Part shown: positions 15,055-29,207 of the stretch, one piece after another | How the letters are laid out: each line of letters starts with the position of its first letter | Numbering within the stretch: position 1 is the stretch's first letter | Assembly (NCBI GenBank): GCA_951406725.2 | Contig: OX597837.1 | Location: 9,486,001 to 9,550,000, forward strand | Reading direction: 5' to 3' | Source of the DNA: Octopus vulgaris | Taxonomy: Eukaryota | Length of the DNA stretch: 64,000 bases | Translations under genes and position numbers: made by a program | Notes under the pieces: generated by a model | The model's input: only the letters and a program-made list of their open reading frames with translations | Told to the model about the DNA's origin: nothing | Databases searched by the model: none

Positions 15055-15718
15055 TATATCCCCGACACATTGTCAGTCGACATAGGCAGCAGGACGGTGG
15101 CCACGAAATTCAGAATCCGCGCAGGATAATGTAACAATTTACCTGCCGAATCGACTAACCCTCTAAAATGGATGGCGCTGGAGCGAGCTAACGATGCCGG
15201 ACCGGCCTGGTGACCCGTTGCGCAATTGGTGGGGCGACTGTATGATGCCCAGTCGAGTAGGAGAGCATCACAGCGAAAAAGCAAACAGGGTGTCCGAGCC
15301 CGGTTGAAGCCGTGTGCGAGTACAGAACTTGGTGGTAGTATTAATATACGATTACTTAGCTGTAGAATGCCGAAAGTTTGGACTTATAGATTTGTCGAAA
15401 ATACCCAGGATAGAAAATAGGACACGATCACCGTCCTGAGACCGATTTAAGGTCCCCACTAACGAAAAAATTAATCCATTTCCTATTAACTGGTTAGAGA
15501 AATCTGTAGCACTCAAGATTATTTTGATAACAAGGTATTCCGAATTCCTGTTTTTTTTTTCCGATAAGATCTTCATAGAAAAGGATATCAAAATGCATAA
15601 ATCTATAGGCAGCCTTATTCCCAAAGTTATGATAGCAGTTCACGGTCGTTGAGCAACTGTGCCGTTGGTCTAAATCATTCGTCCTTCCGATGGCGGAAAT
15701 CACGATGTAATATGTCAC
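15055..15718 (-). other. Putative 5' UTR part of the same exon, containing uORFs
   Basis: Acceptor-like ATTTTATTTTAG|G at 15719/15718; unique sequence with no long ORF in frame with the downstream ATG; upstream ATGs at 15083 and 15070. Confidence 0.45.
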
Positions 15719-16237
15719 CTAAAATAAAATCTGGTAGACTTTTCGTTTCATAAATCACCACAAAAGGGATGATGGGGTGCTTCATAAAATGACAATGAAA
15801 AGGAGAAATAGTCATGGCGCAGCCTCTACAAGTGAGACAGATTTGAACAGGACATAATTCATGTATTTATCGATTGATTTATGCCACCGAGATCAATAGG
15901 AATGTTATACGTAAAAAACAATATATATTTCTTTGTTTCATAAAAAATCAAAAGGAAAGTTTTCAGAGACAACAAATGGGTTATTAAGAATTAAAACAAA
16001 ATATGTTAGATGTGATGTGTTGTTGGTTACAGTGTAACGCAATTTTTGTCTAAGAAAAATATTGTTCATATCGAGTCTGGGTTAAAATATTATTTATATG
16101 GGAGAATGTGCGGAGTGGGTTTTTTGTTTTGTTTTGTAATTTTTTTTTTGTATTTGTATGAGTATCGTTTGGAGATTATACAAGCAGACGAAATTGTAAA
16201 TCATACATATATAAGCAAATACAAACATAAGTATCTA

Positions 16238-16332
<95 letters not shown>

Positions 16333-16371
16333 ATATTATATATATATGTATATATGTGTGTGTGTGTGTGG

Positions 16372-16411
<40 letters not shown>

Positions 16412-16472
16412 GCATATAACTATATGTATACATATATAAATACTTAAATATGTATATATATATATATATATA

Positions 16473-16517
<45 letters not shown>

Positions 16518-16578
16518 GTTTAAATATTTATTTATTGGCATTCCGAAATAAACTGGCAATATGACCATTCCGAAATAT

Positions 16579-16628
<50 letters not shown>

Positions 16629-18052
16629 ATATGTATGTATGTATGTATGAATGTATGCATATATATATATATGTATGAATGTATGTATGTGTATAAGTAA
16701 GTATGTATGTGAGTAGGTAGGTATGTAGATAGGTAAGTCATTAGAATGCCTTGTGGTAATAATTTCAATAATGTACGGTCGGTGATGAAATCTACAGTCA
16801 CAGTTTACCTTTCTTCTCCCTGGACCTATAAAATACCTGCATCTATCATATCATATCTATCTATTTATTTATTTATTTATGTGCCTCTCTTGCTATATGT
16901 GTGTTTGTGTGCGTGTGTCTGCGCGTGCGTGTATGTGTGCGTGTGTCTGCGCGTGCGTGTATGTGTGCGCGTGTGTGTGAGAGAGAGAGAGAGAGAGCGA
17001 GTTAATCTCTGTGTGTATGCATGCATATCCTTATCGATAGGTCGCCAGATAGATAGATAGATGTAGATTTATATCTGTGTATATATACAGATGCACACCT
17101 ACATATATTTAGATAATGATAAATATATATATATATATATATATATACATCTGTGTGTGTGAGAAAGAGAGAAAGAAAGAGGGAGAAAGAGAGACAGAGC
17201 GCGCGAGAGAGAGAAAGTGAAAGTAAATGTGTGTGCGTTTATGTGTGTGTGAACGATAGCGAAACCACACTCGTGATCTTGGGACAACAGATAATTCCCC
17301 ATCTATAGTCTTATCTGTACCATACTCATTATCATTGTAATCAGTACCAACAGCAACAGGAGCAACAGCAGCAGGAACACAGCAGCAGCAGTAGTAACGG
17401 AAGCAGCAACAGCAGTAGTTGTAGTTGTAGTTGTAGTAGTAGTAGTGCCAACATCACCAGCAGCAACAACTGCCTGCCAGTGGTGTAAGACAGTGTTATA
17501 GAAGACTAGACATAACCAGATGATGGATTTTCCCACAGTCAGTGAGTAGAAAATCGAATTCTCCATTACACCGTTCAGTGAATTGGAAAATCAAAACAGA
17601 ATTCCTGCCAAAAACTGGCACCGAAGAAAGTTGAAGAAAACTCGTAACTATCTCCAGCAACAGCGAAATGGAAAAGAAAAACGAAGAGGAAAAGCAAAGG
17701 AATGAAAGAATGAAAAAAGGAAGAAAAAAAAGAACGAAACGAAGAACAATTAAATATATTACAAACAATACCTGCTGAATCTCTGTTATATATTCTAGTC
17801 GAATTTAAATGTTGTTGTTGTGGTTGTGGTTGTTGTTGTTGTTTTGATGGTGGCGGTGGGGATGGTGGTGGTGGTGGTTGGTTGGTTTTGTTGTAGTTGT
17901 TGTTGTTCTTGTCGTTTTCGTTGCACTTGCGTATTGAATCGCTTGGACACCAGCAGAGAATTCCATAGAAATATTGGCAACCATAACCAAATGCAGTAAC
18001 GAAGTTTATGATGATAATGATGATGATGATAATGATGATGATGATGATGATG

Positions 18053-18124
<72 letters not shown>

Positions 18125-18220
18125 GTAATAATAATAATAATGATGATGATAATAATAATAATAATGATAATAATAATAATGATAATAATAATAATGATGA
18201 TGATAATAATAATAATAATG

Positions 18221-18305
<85 letters not shown>

Positions 18306-18339
18306 TAATAATGATAATAATAATAATGATAATATTAAT

Positions 18340-18682
18340 AATCATTTCTGCTATAGGTACAAGGCCTGAAATTTAGGAGGAGGTATTTAATTTATCGACC
18401 CCGAAAGGATAAAAAGCAAAGTCGACCTAGGCGGTATTTGAACTCAGAACGTAGCGGCAGACGAAATACCCTATTTCTTTACTACCCACAAGGGGCTAAA
18501 CACAGAGAGGACAGACAAGGACAGACAAACGGATTAAGTCGATTATATCGACCCCAGTGCGTAACTGGTACTTATTTAATCGACCCCGAAAGGATGAAAG
18601 GTAAAGTCAACCTCGGCGGAATTTGAACTCAGAACGTAACGGCAGACGAAATACCACTAAGCATTTCACCTGGCATGCTACT
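18340..18682 (-). mobile_element. SINE family B, one full unit plus a partial second unit
   Basis: Homologous to 21507-21921; ends in (ATT)n on the element strand. Confidence 0.85.
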
Positions 18683-19744
18683 GCTATTAATAATGATACT
18701 ACTACTACTAAGTCGACTGCAATATTCAACTAGTACTTATTTAATCGATCCCAAAAGAAAGTAGAAAAATTAACCTTGGCAGCTTTTGAACAAAAAAAGA
18801 TGAAGGGCCAAAACTAATGTCCAACAGATTCTGTCAGCTTGCTGTCCATTTTTCCAACTATTGGCCAACGGTTAGCAATCTATTGATGAAGTGCCATTTG
18901 GTTAGCTCTAACCAGAACTTGATTGGTAAGCTGTGGCTCCGGAATGATAGAATTTTAACCTGACCACTGTCAATATAACATACCGCGAAATGCAAGGAAT
19001 AACAGGAATAACATCTAGTACTTTACTTGTACACGCTGTTCTTGACCCCGGAAGGAGGAAGACAACTTTAATTTCGGGAGGATTTTTAGGCTGATTGCAA
19101 AGTTATTACTGCAAGGAGCTGGCTGGCTGGTTTTCTCATTCTAAATATGCTTTATTAGGATCTGTTCATGCAATTGTTCAAAGTATTTCTCATGAAGTTA
19201 GAATATCATTAATTTTTAATAAGTTGTTTTTTATTATTGGTAGGAAGAATTAATTTGGTTAATTTATTGAAATATCAGTATATTTGTTGATTTATTTTGT
19301 TAATTAATTTGAAACGGAGATGGAGATGGAAGCAGTAACAAGCATTAATGGTTGTTTGTGGTAACTAAGTAGTTCAGGAATTGAACACGATATCATATGA
19401 TTATAAGCCCGACACTCTAACCACTTGACTAACCAAAACAAATGAAGACCATAAGTGATTACTTAATCTATGAGCATTAAATGTTGTTCACAACCTCTGT
19501 TGGTTTAGATTAATAGCACAAGATGTAATCCAACACAAAACAAATGTTTACAAGATGGAAAATTTCGAGTGTTAATACATGTATTTCCCTATAATTCTTT
19601 TGATTTATCATTATATAATAGATACGTAATGCTCAATAATCCGAAGTAGAGCTGAAATAATACGATTGCCAATATTGGTAAGGATATATACAGACAAAGT
19701 GTACTACATGCAGTCGGGAGAATGAATATTATTAATATAAATAT

Positions 19745-19805
19745 CAGTTTATTCTAACAGAGCACTGTGTTTCGATTGGTATATACAGTTTCATCAGCGG
19801 CGGAA
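19745..19805 (-). ncRNA. Decayed hammerhead motif (Penelope-like remnant)
   Basis: CTGATGA-aactg..caatc-GAAAC..AATAAA; stems partly mismatched. Confidence 0.45.
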
Positions 19806-20045
19806 AATTGTGTGTCACTGCAGCTGTGTTTTAGACTATTAGTAGTTGGGTGGCAAAACTGTTATTATTCAAAAGCAAAACGCCTCTTGCCCATGGGCCA
19901 CAGAATGTAACATAAACATCGAATCTGAAACAGATGAGAAATTTGTGCACGCTAATTTCTAAATATTGAGACTGCTTCGAAGCTTTAAAAACTAGAAGTG
20001 GAAGATATATATTTCTCCATAAAACACTAGATGTCACTCTATTTC

Positions 20046-20121
<76 letters not shown>

Positions 20122-20161
20122 CAACAACAGCAACAATAAAGATACTGATAATAAAAGTACG

Positions 20162-20215
<54 letters not shown>

Positions 20216-20334
20216 ACATATATATGACTGTGCTTTCTTAAATACAGTATTGATACCTGCATACATATGTAGACATACGCTATCTATATATATGCGTGTA
20301 TTGTGTATTTATATACGTATCTACGTGCTTTTAA

Positions 20335-20372
<38 letters not shown>

Positions 20373-20449
20373 ATATACATATATGCATACATACATTTAT
20401 ATTGATAAACATATATATATAGTATACATATATAAATATATATTCATAT

Positions 20450-20480
<31 letters not shown>

Positions 20481-20743
20481 AATATATATATATATACATA
20501 TATTATATACATATATGTATTTGTGCATGAATGTGTGTATGCATGTATTATGTATTTATGTTTGCATGTGTCTCACTGCTTCGTATATTGTTGTGTGTCT
20601 ATGTATGTATAAATATTTAAATGCACCCGCGCATATACGCATATGCCTATATATATATATATATATATATATGCATGTATGTATGTATATGTATATGTAT
20701 GTATGTATGTATGTATGTATATATATGTATGTATGTATGTATG

Positions 20744-20775
<32 letters not shown>

Positions 20776-21506
20776 TGTATGTATGTATGTATGTATGTAT
20801 GTATGTATATATGTGTGTATATTCGCGTCTGTGCTTGCGTGCGATTACATATTTCTTTGAAGACAAGATTATACATTTCGATCTTTTATGCATATTTCTA
20901 TCTTTTCCTTTATATTATTCTTCTTTTTTTTTTACGCAAATACTATCTTATACACTTTACCGTTTCTTTAAAGCATCTTCTAAGAAGCAGAAATTAAATA
21001 TGTAAGGAATATTGCTCTTTTTCGTTTCGACCTTACCAATTCCTTGTCATGTGTATGGCAGCTTTAGATTATTTTGGGTCTTATCCTTGCTACAACCGAA
21101 AATATAATTCGGTTATCTTCAGATAAACACCGAGTCTCTCCGTATTACAGCTCCGTTGGTATAACTTCTTTCCTTTATGTCGTCAATACTTTAGATAAAG
21201 TTTTAGTGGGCGACTTGTGACTTCCATCAAAATGTTACAACGTTTCTATAGATCTATGTATAGACACTGTGTATGTCATATGTGCGTGTGTTATTAATAT
21301 TCGTGCTGTCTACATTTTTATGTTTTATGTTTTATGATTGAAACAGGTAAACAGGAACTTTCCGGTCAACACGAATTATATAATGAAGCTGTATCTTCAC
21401 GCAGTATTGAGTTCTACTGTCAGTGAATGTTCCGCTGTTTAGTCTTAAACTTGTTTTAAAATGATAGCCACCGCAACACACATTCACACACATATATACA
21501 TATATA

Positions 21507-21921
21507 TTTCTTTACTACCCACAAGGCCCTAAACACAGAGGGGATAAACAAGGACAGACAAACGGATTAAGTCGATTATATCGACCCCAGTGCGTAACTG
21601 GTACTTATTTAATCGACCCCGAATGGATGAAAGGCAAAGTCGACCTCGGTGGAATTTGAACTCAGAACGTAGCGGCAGACGAAATACCTATTTCTTTACT
21701 ACCCACAAGAGGTTAAACACAGAGGGGACAAACAAGGACAGACAAACGGATTAAGTCGATTACATCGACCCCAGTGCGCAACTGGTACTTAATTTATCGA
21801 CCCTGAAAGGATGAAAGGCAAAGTCGACCTCGGCGGAATTTGAACCCAGAACGTAACGGCAGACGAAATCCGGCTACGCATTTCGCCCGGCGTGCTAACG
21901 ATTCTGCCAGCTCGTCGCCTT
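21507..21921 (-). mobile_element. tRNA-derived SINE family B (Meta-domain-like core): head plus two tandem units of about 183 bp
   Basis: AGGCGACGAGCTGGCAGAATCGTTAGCA head; GTTCAAATTCC B box; GTCGACTTTGCCTTTCATCC core present twice. Confidence 0.9.
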
Positions 21922-21969
21922 TCACACACATATACACATATAGTTAAGGGTTGTAGGTGGGAGTATCCA

Positions 21970-22373
21970 TTCTTTTCTCTTTATTATCTTACTTGTTTCA
22001 GTAATTAGACAGCAGCCAGGCTGGGGTACCGTCTTGAAGGATTTGAGTCGAATGGATCCACCACAATAGTTTTTATTTTTGAAGCCTGATACGTATTCTA
22101 CCGGTTTCTTTTGCCGAACCGCAAAGTTATGGGGAAGTAAAAAACACCAATACAAGTTTTCAAACGGTGGTACGAGCCAAACACACATACACAAATATAT
22201 ATATATATACGACGGGCTTCTGGCAGTTTCCGCCTTCTAAATCCGTTCGGAAGTCTCTGGTCGGCCAGTGGCTATAGTAGTAAGCACTTGACCAAAGTGC
22301 CACGGAGTGGGACTGAACCGGCAACCATGTCGTTAGGAAGCAACCTTCTCACCATATACCCACATCTGCGCCT
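21970..22373 (-). mobile_element. SINE family A, older copy
   Basis: Diverged but collinear homology. Confidence 0.8.
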
Positions 22374-22377
22374 ATTC

Positions 22378-22412
<35 letters not shown>

Positions 22413-22454
22413 ATGTGTGTATGTATATATATACATACATACATACATACATAC

Positions 22455-22500
<46 letters not shown>

Positions 22501-22505
<5 letters not shown>

Positions 22506-22703
22506 AGAGTTTACGAAAAAAACAAAAGATGAAGACAGGTGGTGTACAAACAAACAGATGTATTAGTATAACGCTCAGGAATAGAAAAAGTCTTTTACGT
22601 TTCGAGCCTGCGCTCTTCTACAGATAGGGACACAGAAAAAACAAGGAAACAAGGAGAAGGGAAAAAATGTGTGTAGTGACTAACGATCTATCATGGCGTC
22701 TGA
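22501..22703 (-). mobile_element. Short non-autonomous Penelope-like family, copy 1 (variant hammerhead at 22592-22627)
   Basis: Homologous to the 39302 and 42508 copies; all abut (TA)n at the same end (tagggagagtttacg). Confidence 0.7.
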
Positions 22704-22712
22704 TATACACAT

Positions 22713-22749
<37 letters not shown>

Positions 22750-23160
22750 AAAATGATGAAGCCGCGTTGTGACGACAGCATTGCGAAGGAATTTGGTCAA
22801 AACGCAAACTACCCCCGACTCAAACAATACAGACTGCACACAATCTCACCAACGACATCTCAATCGAGCGTTCAGCATTTAAACTCCATCTGTAATGTCT
22901 ACATCAATCAAAATGTTGGCTCTGTCTTGTCTCAGAAGACTGCAACGTAAGCCATCATCGCTGCTTTTAGATCGGTTGCAAATATTAATGATCTCGGATT
23001 TGATGAAAGCCAAAATTAAACTTGGGAGAGATTAGTAAGGATAAAGAGCATAGAGTTGATCCTGCTCGGTGCATTGGTACTGGTGCTGATAAAACCGATA
23101 ATGGCCGACCCGGCAACCCTGGTCGCTAATAGCATTAGTTAGTTAGTAGTGATGGTGGTG

Positions 23161-23191
<31 letters not shown>

Positions 23192-23439
23192 GAGGAGGAG
23201 GAGGAGGAGGAGGAGGAGGAGGAGGAGTAATACAACTACTACTACTACTGCTGCTGTTGCTGCTGCTGCTGTTGCTGCCACTGTAGTAATACTACTAATA
23301 ATAATATTGCTGCTATTGCTGCTGTTGCTGTTGCTGCTGTAGTGGTAGAAGTAGTAGTATTAGTAATAGTAGTAGTAGTAGTAGCAGCAGCAGCTACTAC
23401 TACTACTACTACTACTACTAAGAAAAATATGGCAGTTTG

Positions 23440-24360
23440 AATTCTCCTTCTACAAGATAGTATCCCACAATGCATTTGCAGTACCAGTGCTGATTCCAAT
23501 ATTCGGGGTACTTGATTGGTCTGTAGAAGAATTCTGCTCCACAGACAATAACCTGCGACTGGAAATCTCCACAAAATAATGATATCGACAGGCACTACCT
23601 AAGAAGAGATAAACGATGGAGGTGCTTGAGATCAGTGCAGATAGCGTTTGAATGTCGTAGTCCCTCTCAGACAGCACTTGCTAAACAACAGCAGCATAAA
23701 TAAATGGATTAACTTAGTGCTGAACAGGGAAGGAAACAATATCCATTCGTGCTAGAAGTGAGTTCTTCAGGAAGCATCCTCTTCCTGGTGCCCTGCCATA
23801 CAACTCCAAATCAGTCGGACTAGCATACTTCAAAGAATTTCTAGTGGTGAAGCGCTCAGCATACCAAAATATGACCGTGCATGTGAATGTTTCTCGAAGC
23901 TTTAAAGAAGGTAGTAACATTGAGCTGAAGCGGAACCGCTCTTGGACTCGTTACCTCTAGATCTCATCACACTTCGAAGGCTATGCATTTGCAGTCCAAA
24001 AACAGGAGATTGTTACTAAATACCTAATCAACAAAAGAGACTGAACGTCTTGGAGTTCCAAGATGCAACCATTAATGTAGATTGTGTCATATTTTTGTAG
24101 AAGACATCACAGATGTGATTAGCAGCTATCCAAAACCGTCATCAATATACTACCTCTCCAAGCGACACGACGTTGTCGCAAAATCAATATTGAATGCCAT
24201 TCGGTAAAAGATTCTTTGGAAATAAATACAGAAGATCCCCCTGCTTTTGAAAATGCATGCAAATATCAGCAGACGAAATACTGGTGGAACATTCCCATCA
24301 AAACATCAAGCGTAAGCATAACAGACCAGACATTGTTGTTTGAGACAATGATTCGGAGGA
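23440..24360 (+). mobile_element. Old, frameshifted R4/NeSL-type LINE fragment (RT C-terminus, CCHC, endonuclease)
   Basis: Broken-frame motifs FGVLDWS, DIDRHYLRR, HFEGYAFAVQKQEI, CRLC..EDIT, KRHDVVAK, YWWNIPI, HNRPDIVV. Confidence 0.75.
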
Positions 24361-24502
24361 ACGTACACCCAGGGCAAAATACACCCTCATTTACAAAAAG
24401 CCATTTATCAGAGGAGGTTTCAAGTACTGTAACTCTAGCAAATCTAGCGGCGGTGCCTCAACTGGCTGCAGACCCTTAGCTCAAAATAATAATGATAACA
24501 AT

Positions 24503-24576
<74 letters not shown>

Positions 24577-24739
24577 TAATAATAATAATAATATACATAT
24601 ATGTATATATGTACGTGTATTCAACCTACAGACGCGCACACGCACACTTATATATATACGTAGATACTTACACATATACATATAGTTAATTATTCGTACA
24701 TAGTTATTTATACATACAATATATATAAATATAAATATA

Positions 24740-24813
<74 letters not shown>

Positions 24814-24917
24814 AATCCACAAACACAAACGTACACATATATACATAATATATATACATTCATACAGATATATATGAATGAATGTATATATATATATATA
24901 TATATATATCATGATAC

Positions 24918-24992
<75 letters not shown>

Positions 24993-25538
24993 TATATAAA
25001 CGCGCCTACGTATGTGTGTTTGCAACCATTTATGTGCACAACAGTTTAAACTGTCTAACAATACACTTGTTGATTTCAGTGAAAGCAAAGTAAACGTTTC
25101 GTTGACCCGGTAACGTGATCTCTGTAATAAATCAAGTTTAACAGTTACTTTAACAAAGGATGCACACCACTCTGAAAAGTCACACTGATTTCTGGACAGA
25201 GCAAACGATCGATAAACTCGCCCGTTTTAACGGAATATCCAGCTACTAATGTCATTAGAATCATTAGATGCAATTTAAATTATATTTAGGCAACATTCGG
25301 TACACCCCTCTCTCTCACTCTCTCACCTTTTACATCTCTGTGTCTATTTCTCTCTCTCTCTCTCTTTCTCTCGCTCACTCACTCTCTCTCTCTCTCCATT
25401 TCTATTGCAGCGTATTTCTAACGATTTATCTCAAGATGCACACACACACATACACACACAAACTCGCATGCAGTCTGGCAAGACAGAGACACACACTAAG
25501 TACACAGGACCACACACACGTGCGTGTAGTTATATATA

Positions 25539-25697
<159 letters not shown>

Positions 25698-25936
25698 GTA
25701 TGTACATATATGTATGTATATATACATGTGTGTGTGCATTTATATATAGATATTTATGTCATTTATATATATATATATATGCATGTGTGTGTGTCATCTA
25801 TATATACATGACGTCATACACACCTCCATTCATATATGAAGCTATTTATCTATATATGTGTGTGTGTATTCATTGCTATATCTATTAAGTGATCTATTTA
25901 CTCTCTTTGACTTTCGGTATATCCCTTCCTCTCCCG

Positions 25937-25979
<43 letters not shown>

Positions 25980-26391
25980 TACATATACACGCACATATAT
26001 ATATACATATATATACACTATATATATTTGTATATATATAGATAGATATTGTATATATATATAGATAAATATTTATAGGTGTATATATATATATTTATGT
26101 ATATGCACTTATAAACATATGTATATATATACATACATATATATGCATATGTGTGTATGCGTAAGTGGTTCCCTCACTTTAGAAGTTTAGCTCATTACGG
26201 TGCCTTATCAAAAGCTTTATATCATCTGTTAAAATATCGACTCAGCATCGGCGCAGATAGGCGTGCAAGGACGCACCTAATTACACCTATCGCTTCTACA
26301 TTTAATCTTGGGAAATTTGCTTTAATGTGATGCATGGCGGATGTCTACAACCACAGCAACGCATATACATATGTGTGTGAGTGTGTGTGTG

Positions 26392-26422
<31 letters not shown>

Positions 26423-26493
26423 ACATATATATATATATTTGTTCATCTCTATCTCACTCTCAGTATATATACAGGTATATATATGCATATATG

Positions 26494-26560
<67 letters not shown>

Positions 26561-26759
26561 ATATATATATATATATATGTATATATTTATATAAATATAT
26601 ATACATATATATACGTGTGTATGTATGCGTGTGTATATATTTAAAATGTATTCACAGGAATCCTTCTTCGGTGTACTTTTGACTTTGCGAAGATACATCA
26701 ATAAATTATAATATCTCTACCGATGATTGGTACTTCCTCGCTAAGTATCCTATTTAATG

Positions 26760-26854
<95 letters not shown>

Positions 26855-27158
26855 TATAATTATAATTATAATTTCATGCATGTGTGCATTGTGGTGGCCA
26901 GGAGGGCAGTAAATGGCCTTTAATTGTATGTAGCTCCTTTAACATGCATTATCACTGAAGCCCGTAGGAAACGGTTGCGAAACGTGTAAGCCTGTATGTA
27001 ATATGCAGATAGAAAAGAAGATGGTTAGGCAGTTATATTGTTAGATACATAATGATTATTTGCATGCATGCATGCATAGATAAAACTAAATACACACACA
27101 CACACTTGTGTGTGTGTGCTGGATTTGGGAAGAACCAATATATATATATATATATATA

Positions 27159-27243
<85 letters not shown>

Positions 27244-27406
27244 ATATATATATATATTCACACACACACATGAAACTGTCTTCACTACCTTCTACATAGC
27301 TATATGAACGAGTTAGTATGGATGTGGGGTGAATTTACCTGCTAATTAATTTTCCGAATTGGTTCAAAAATTTATATAAAATCTCGACGTAAATTTGTTA
27401 TATAGA

Positions 27407-27819
27407 AGGCGAAGGAGTGGCTGTGTGGTAAGTAGTTTGCTTACCAACCACATGGTTCCGGGTTCAGTCCCACTGCGTGGCACCTTGTGCAAGTGTATTC
27501 TACTATGGCCTCGGGCTGACCAAAGCTTTGTGAGTGGATTTGGTAGACGGAAACTGAAAGAAGCTCGTCGTATATATGTATATATAGATATGTGTATGTG
27601 TATATGTTTGTGTGTCTGTGTTTGTCCCCCCAACATCGCTTGACAACCGATACTGGTGTGTTTACGTCCCCGTTACTTAGCGGTTCGGCAAAAGAGACCA
27701 ATAGAATAAGTACTAGGCTTACAAAGTATAAGTCCTGGGGTCGATTTGCTCGACTAAAAAGGTGGTGCTCCAGCATGGCCGCAGTCAAATGACTGAAACA
27801 AGTAAACAGTAAAAGAGTA
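27407..27819 (+). mobile_element. tRNA-derived SINE, family A, full length, with internal (TA)/(TG) microsatellite
   Basis: A-box-like TGGCTGTGTGG and B-box-like GGTTCAGTCCC; AGTAAAAG-type tail; many homologues in the window. Confidence 0.9.
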
Positions 27820-28236
27820 GGAGCAGATTCTAATATGGAACAGAGCCAAATACTTCGTTGTAACAAGCAGGGACTACATTGGATCTTTGTCTAACGCACA
27901 GTTGATAAGCTCAAAGATGTTCAGTCTTTACCACTACGTCACATTATCTCTAAACGCTTAATTATATTTTTCCTTGTACTTACCGTTTTCTTCTTTATAA
28001 TCTGATCCTCATGATAGCATTGTAATTAGTAGTAAATTTGATATAGTTTCCTTTGAATCGGTTCGTTTGTTTTTCTATTTTGTATTTTGATCAGATTTCT
28101 GCTTTGTCTGTCACTATATATATATTGGATTTAATTTTGTCTGTTAATTCTTGTAAAATGCCACACAGGTTTGGATTCTTATTCCCATGCGGAGAGAAAT
28201 GACGTTATGATCTAACGCTGGACTTATTCAAAATCT

Positions 28237-28341
28237 TCACCTGAAGAAACACAGTTTACACCGCTGATTACACGATATAATATCTATAACATCTTACCAA
28301 TGAACAACATCTGCAGCGATGTGTGGAAACACTTGTAGTGA
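28237..28341 (+). ncRNA. Slightly decayed Penelope-type hammerhead motif with long stem II
   Basis: tcac-CTGAAGA-a-acaca...cgctg...cagcg..tgtgt-g-GAAA-cacttg-TA-gtga, then AATAAA. Confidence 0.65.
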
Positions 28342-28444
28342 TATGAAATAAAGATTATAATTCAATTCATTTCATCGTATTCATCACTCTCTCTTTCTCT
28401 CCCATATATATATATATTTTATTATTATTATTATTATTATTATA

Positions 28445-28503
<59 letters not shown>

Positions 28504-28507
<4 letters not shown>

Positions 28508-28622
28508 TAGTTTTATTTTTATAGCGTGCTTTCACTTCACTACCGAGCGCAGCTCTGTGTGCCTTGGGTATTTGTTGTGATGCTCTGATGGTTATTGTAT
28601 GGAAAGTGTTCTGCGTAGGATT
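28504..28622 (-). mobile_element. Short 3' fragment of the same Dong-like family as 55101-55590
   Basis: Near-identical to 55101-55226 (cagtagttttatttttatagcg...gtgttctgcgtagga); embedded in (ATT)n. Confidence 0.85.
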
Positions 28623-28843
28623 TATTATTAATATTATTATTATTATTATTATTCTGTTTGATGGTCGCTCCCGTCAGTTTCGACGCATGACTGTTTGAAG
28701 GAGAGGATTGAAAGAGAGAAAAATTGAAGAAGAAGAAGAAAATATCAACTTTTGAAAAGAAAAAAAGAAGAAAAGAAGAAAAGAAGCTGCGTCTAGTTGC
28801 GATGGATGCGTGAATATAATTTGAGTCTAGGATTTATATATTA

Positions 28844-28879
<36 letters not shown>

Positions 28880-29166
28880 ATATATATAAATATATATATA
28901 TATATACACACACACATATTTATATACATATATATACATATACATAATATATATATATATATATATATATATACGTATATATATATACGTATATATATAT
29001 ACATATGTATATATATATATGTATATATACATATGTATATATGTATATATATATATATACACATATATATATACGTATACATATGTATATATATATGTAT
29101 ACATATATATGTTTGTATATATGTATACATATATGTGTGTGTGTATATATATATATGTATATATAA

Positions 29167-29207
<41 letters not shown>

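Noticed and set aside
17303-17990. Thr/His/Asn/Gln-rich ORFs as upstream coding exons
   Set aside because: Trinucleotide low complexity; no convincing splice sites; could be UTR but unsupported
22753-22950. 65-codon plus-strand ORF ending at a GTAAGC donor-like site
   Set aside because: Starts directly after (TA)n, no recognisable protein, no partner exons; insufficient support
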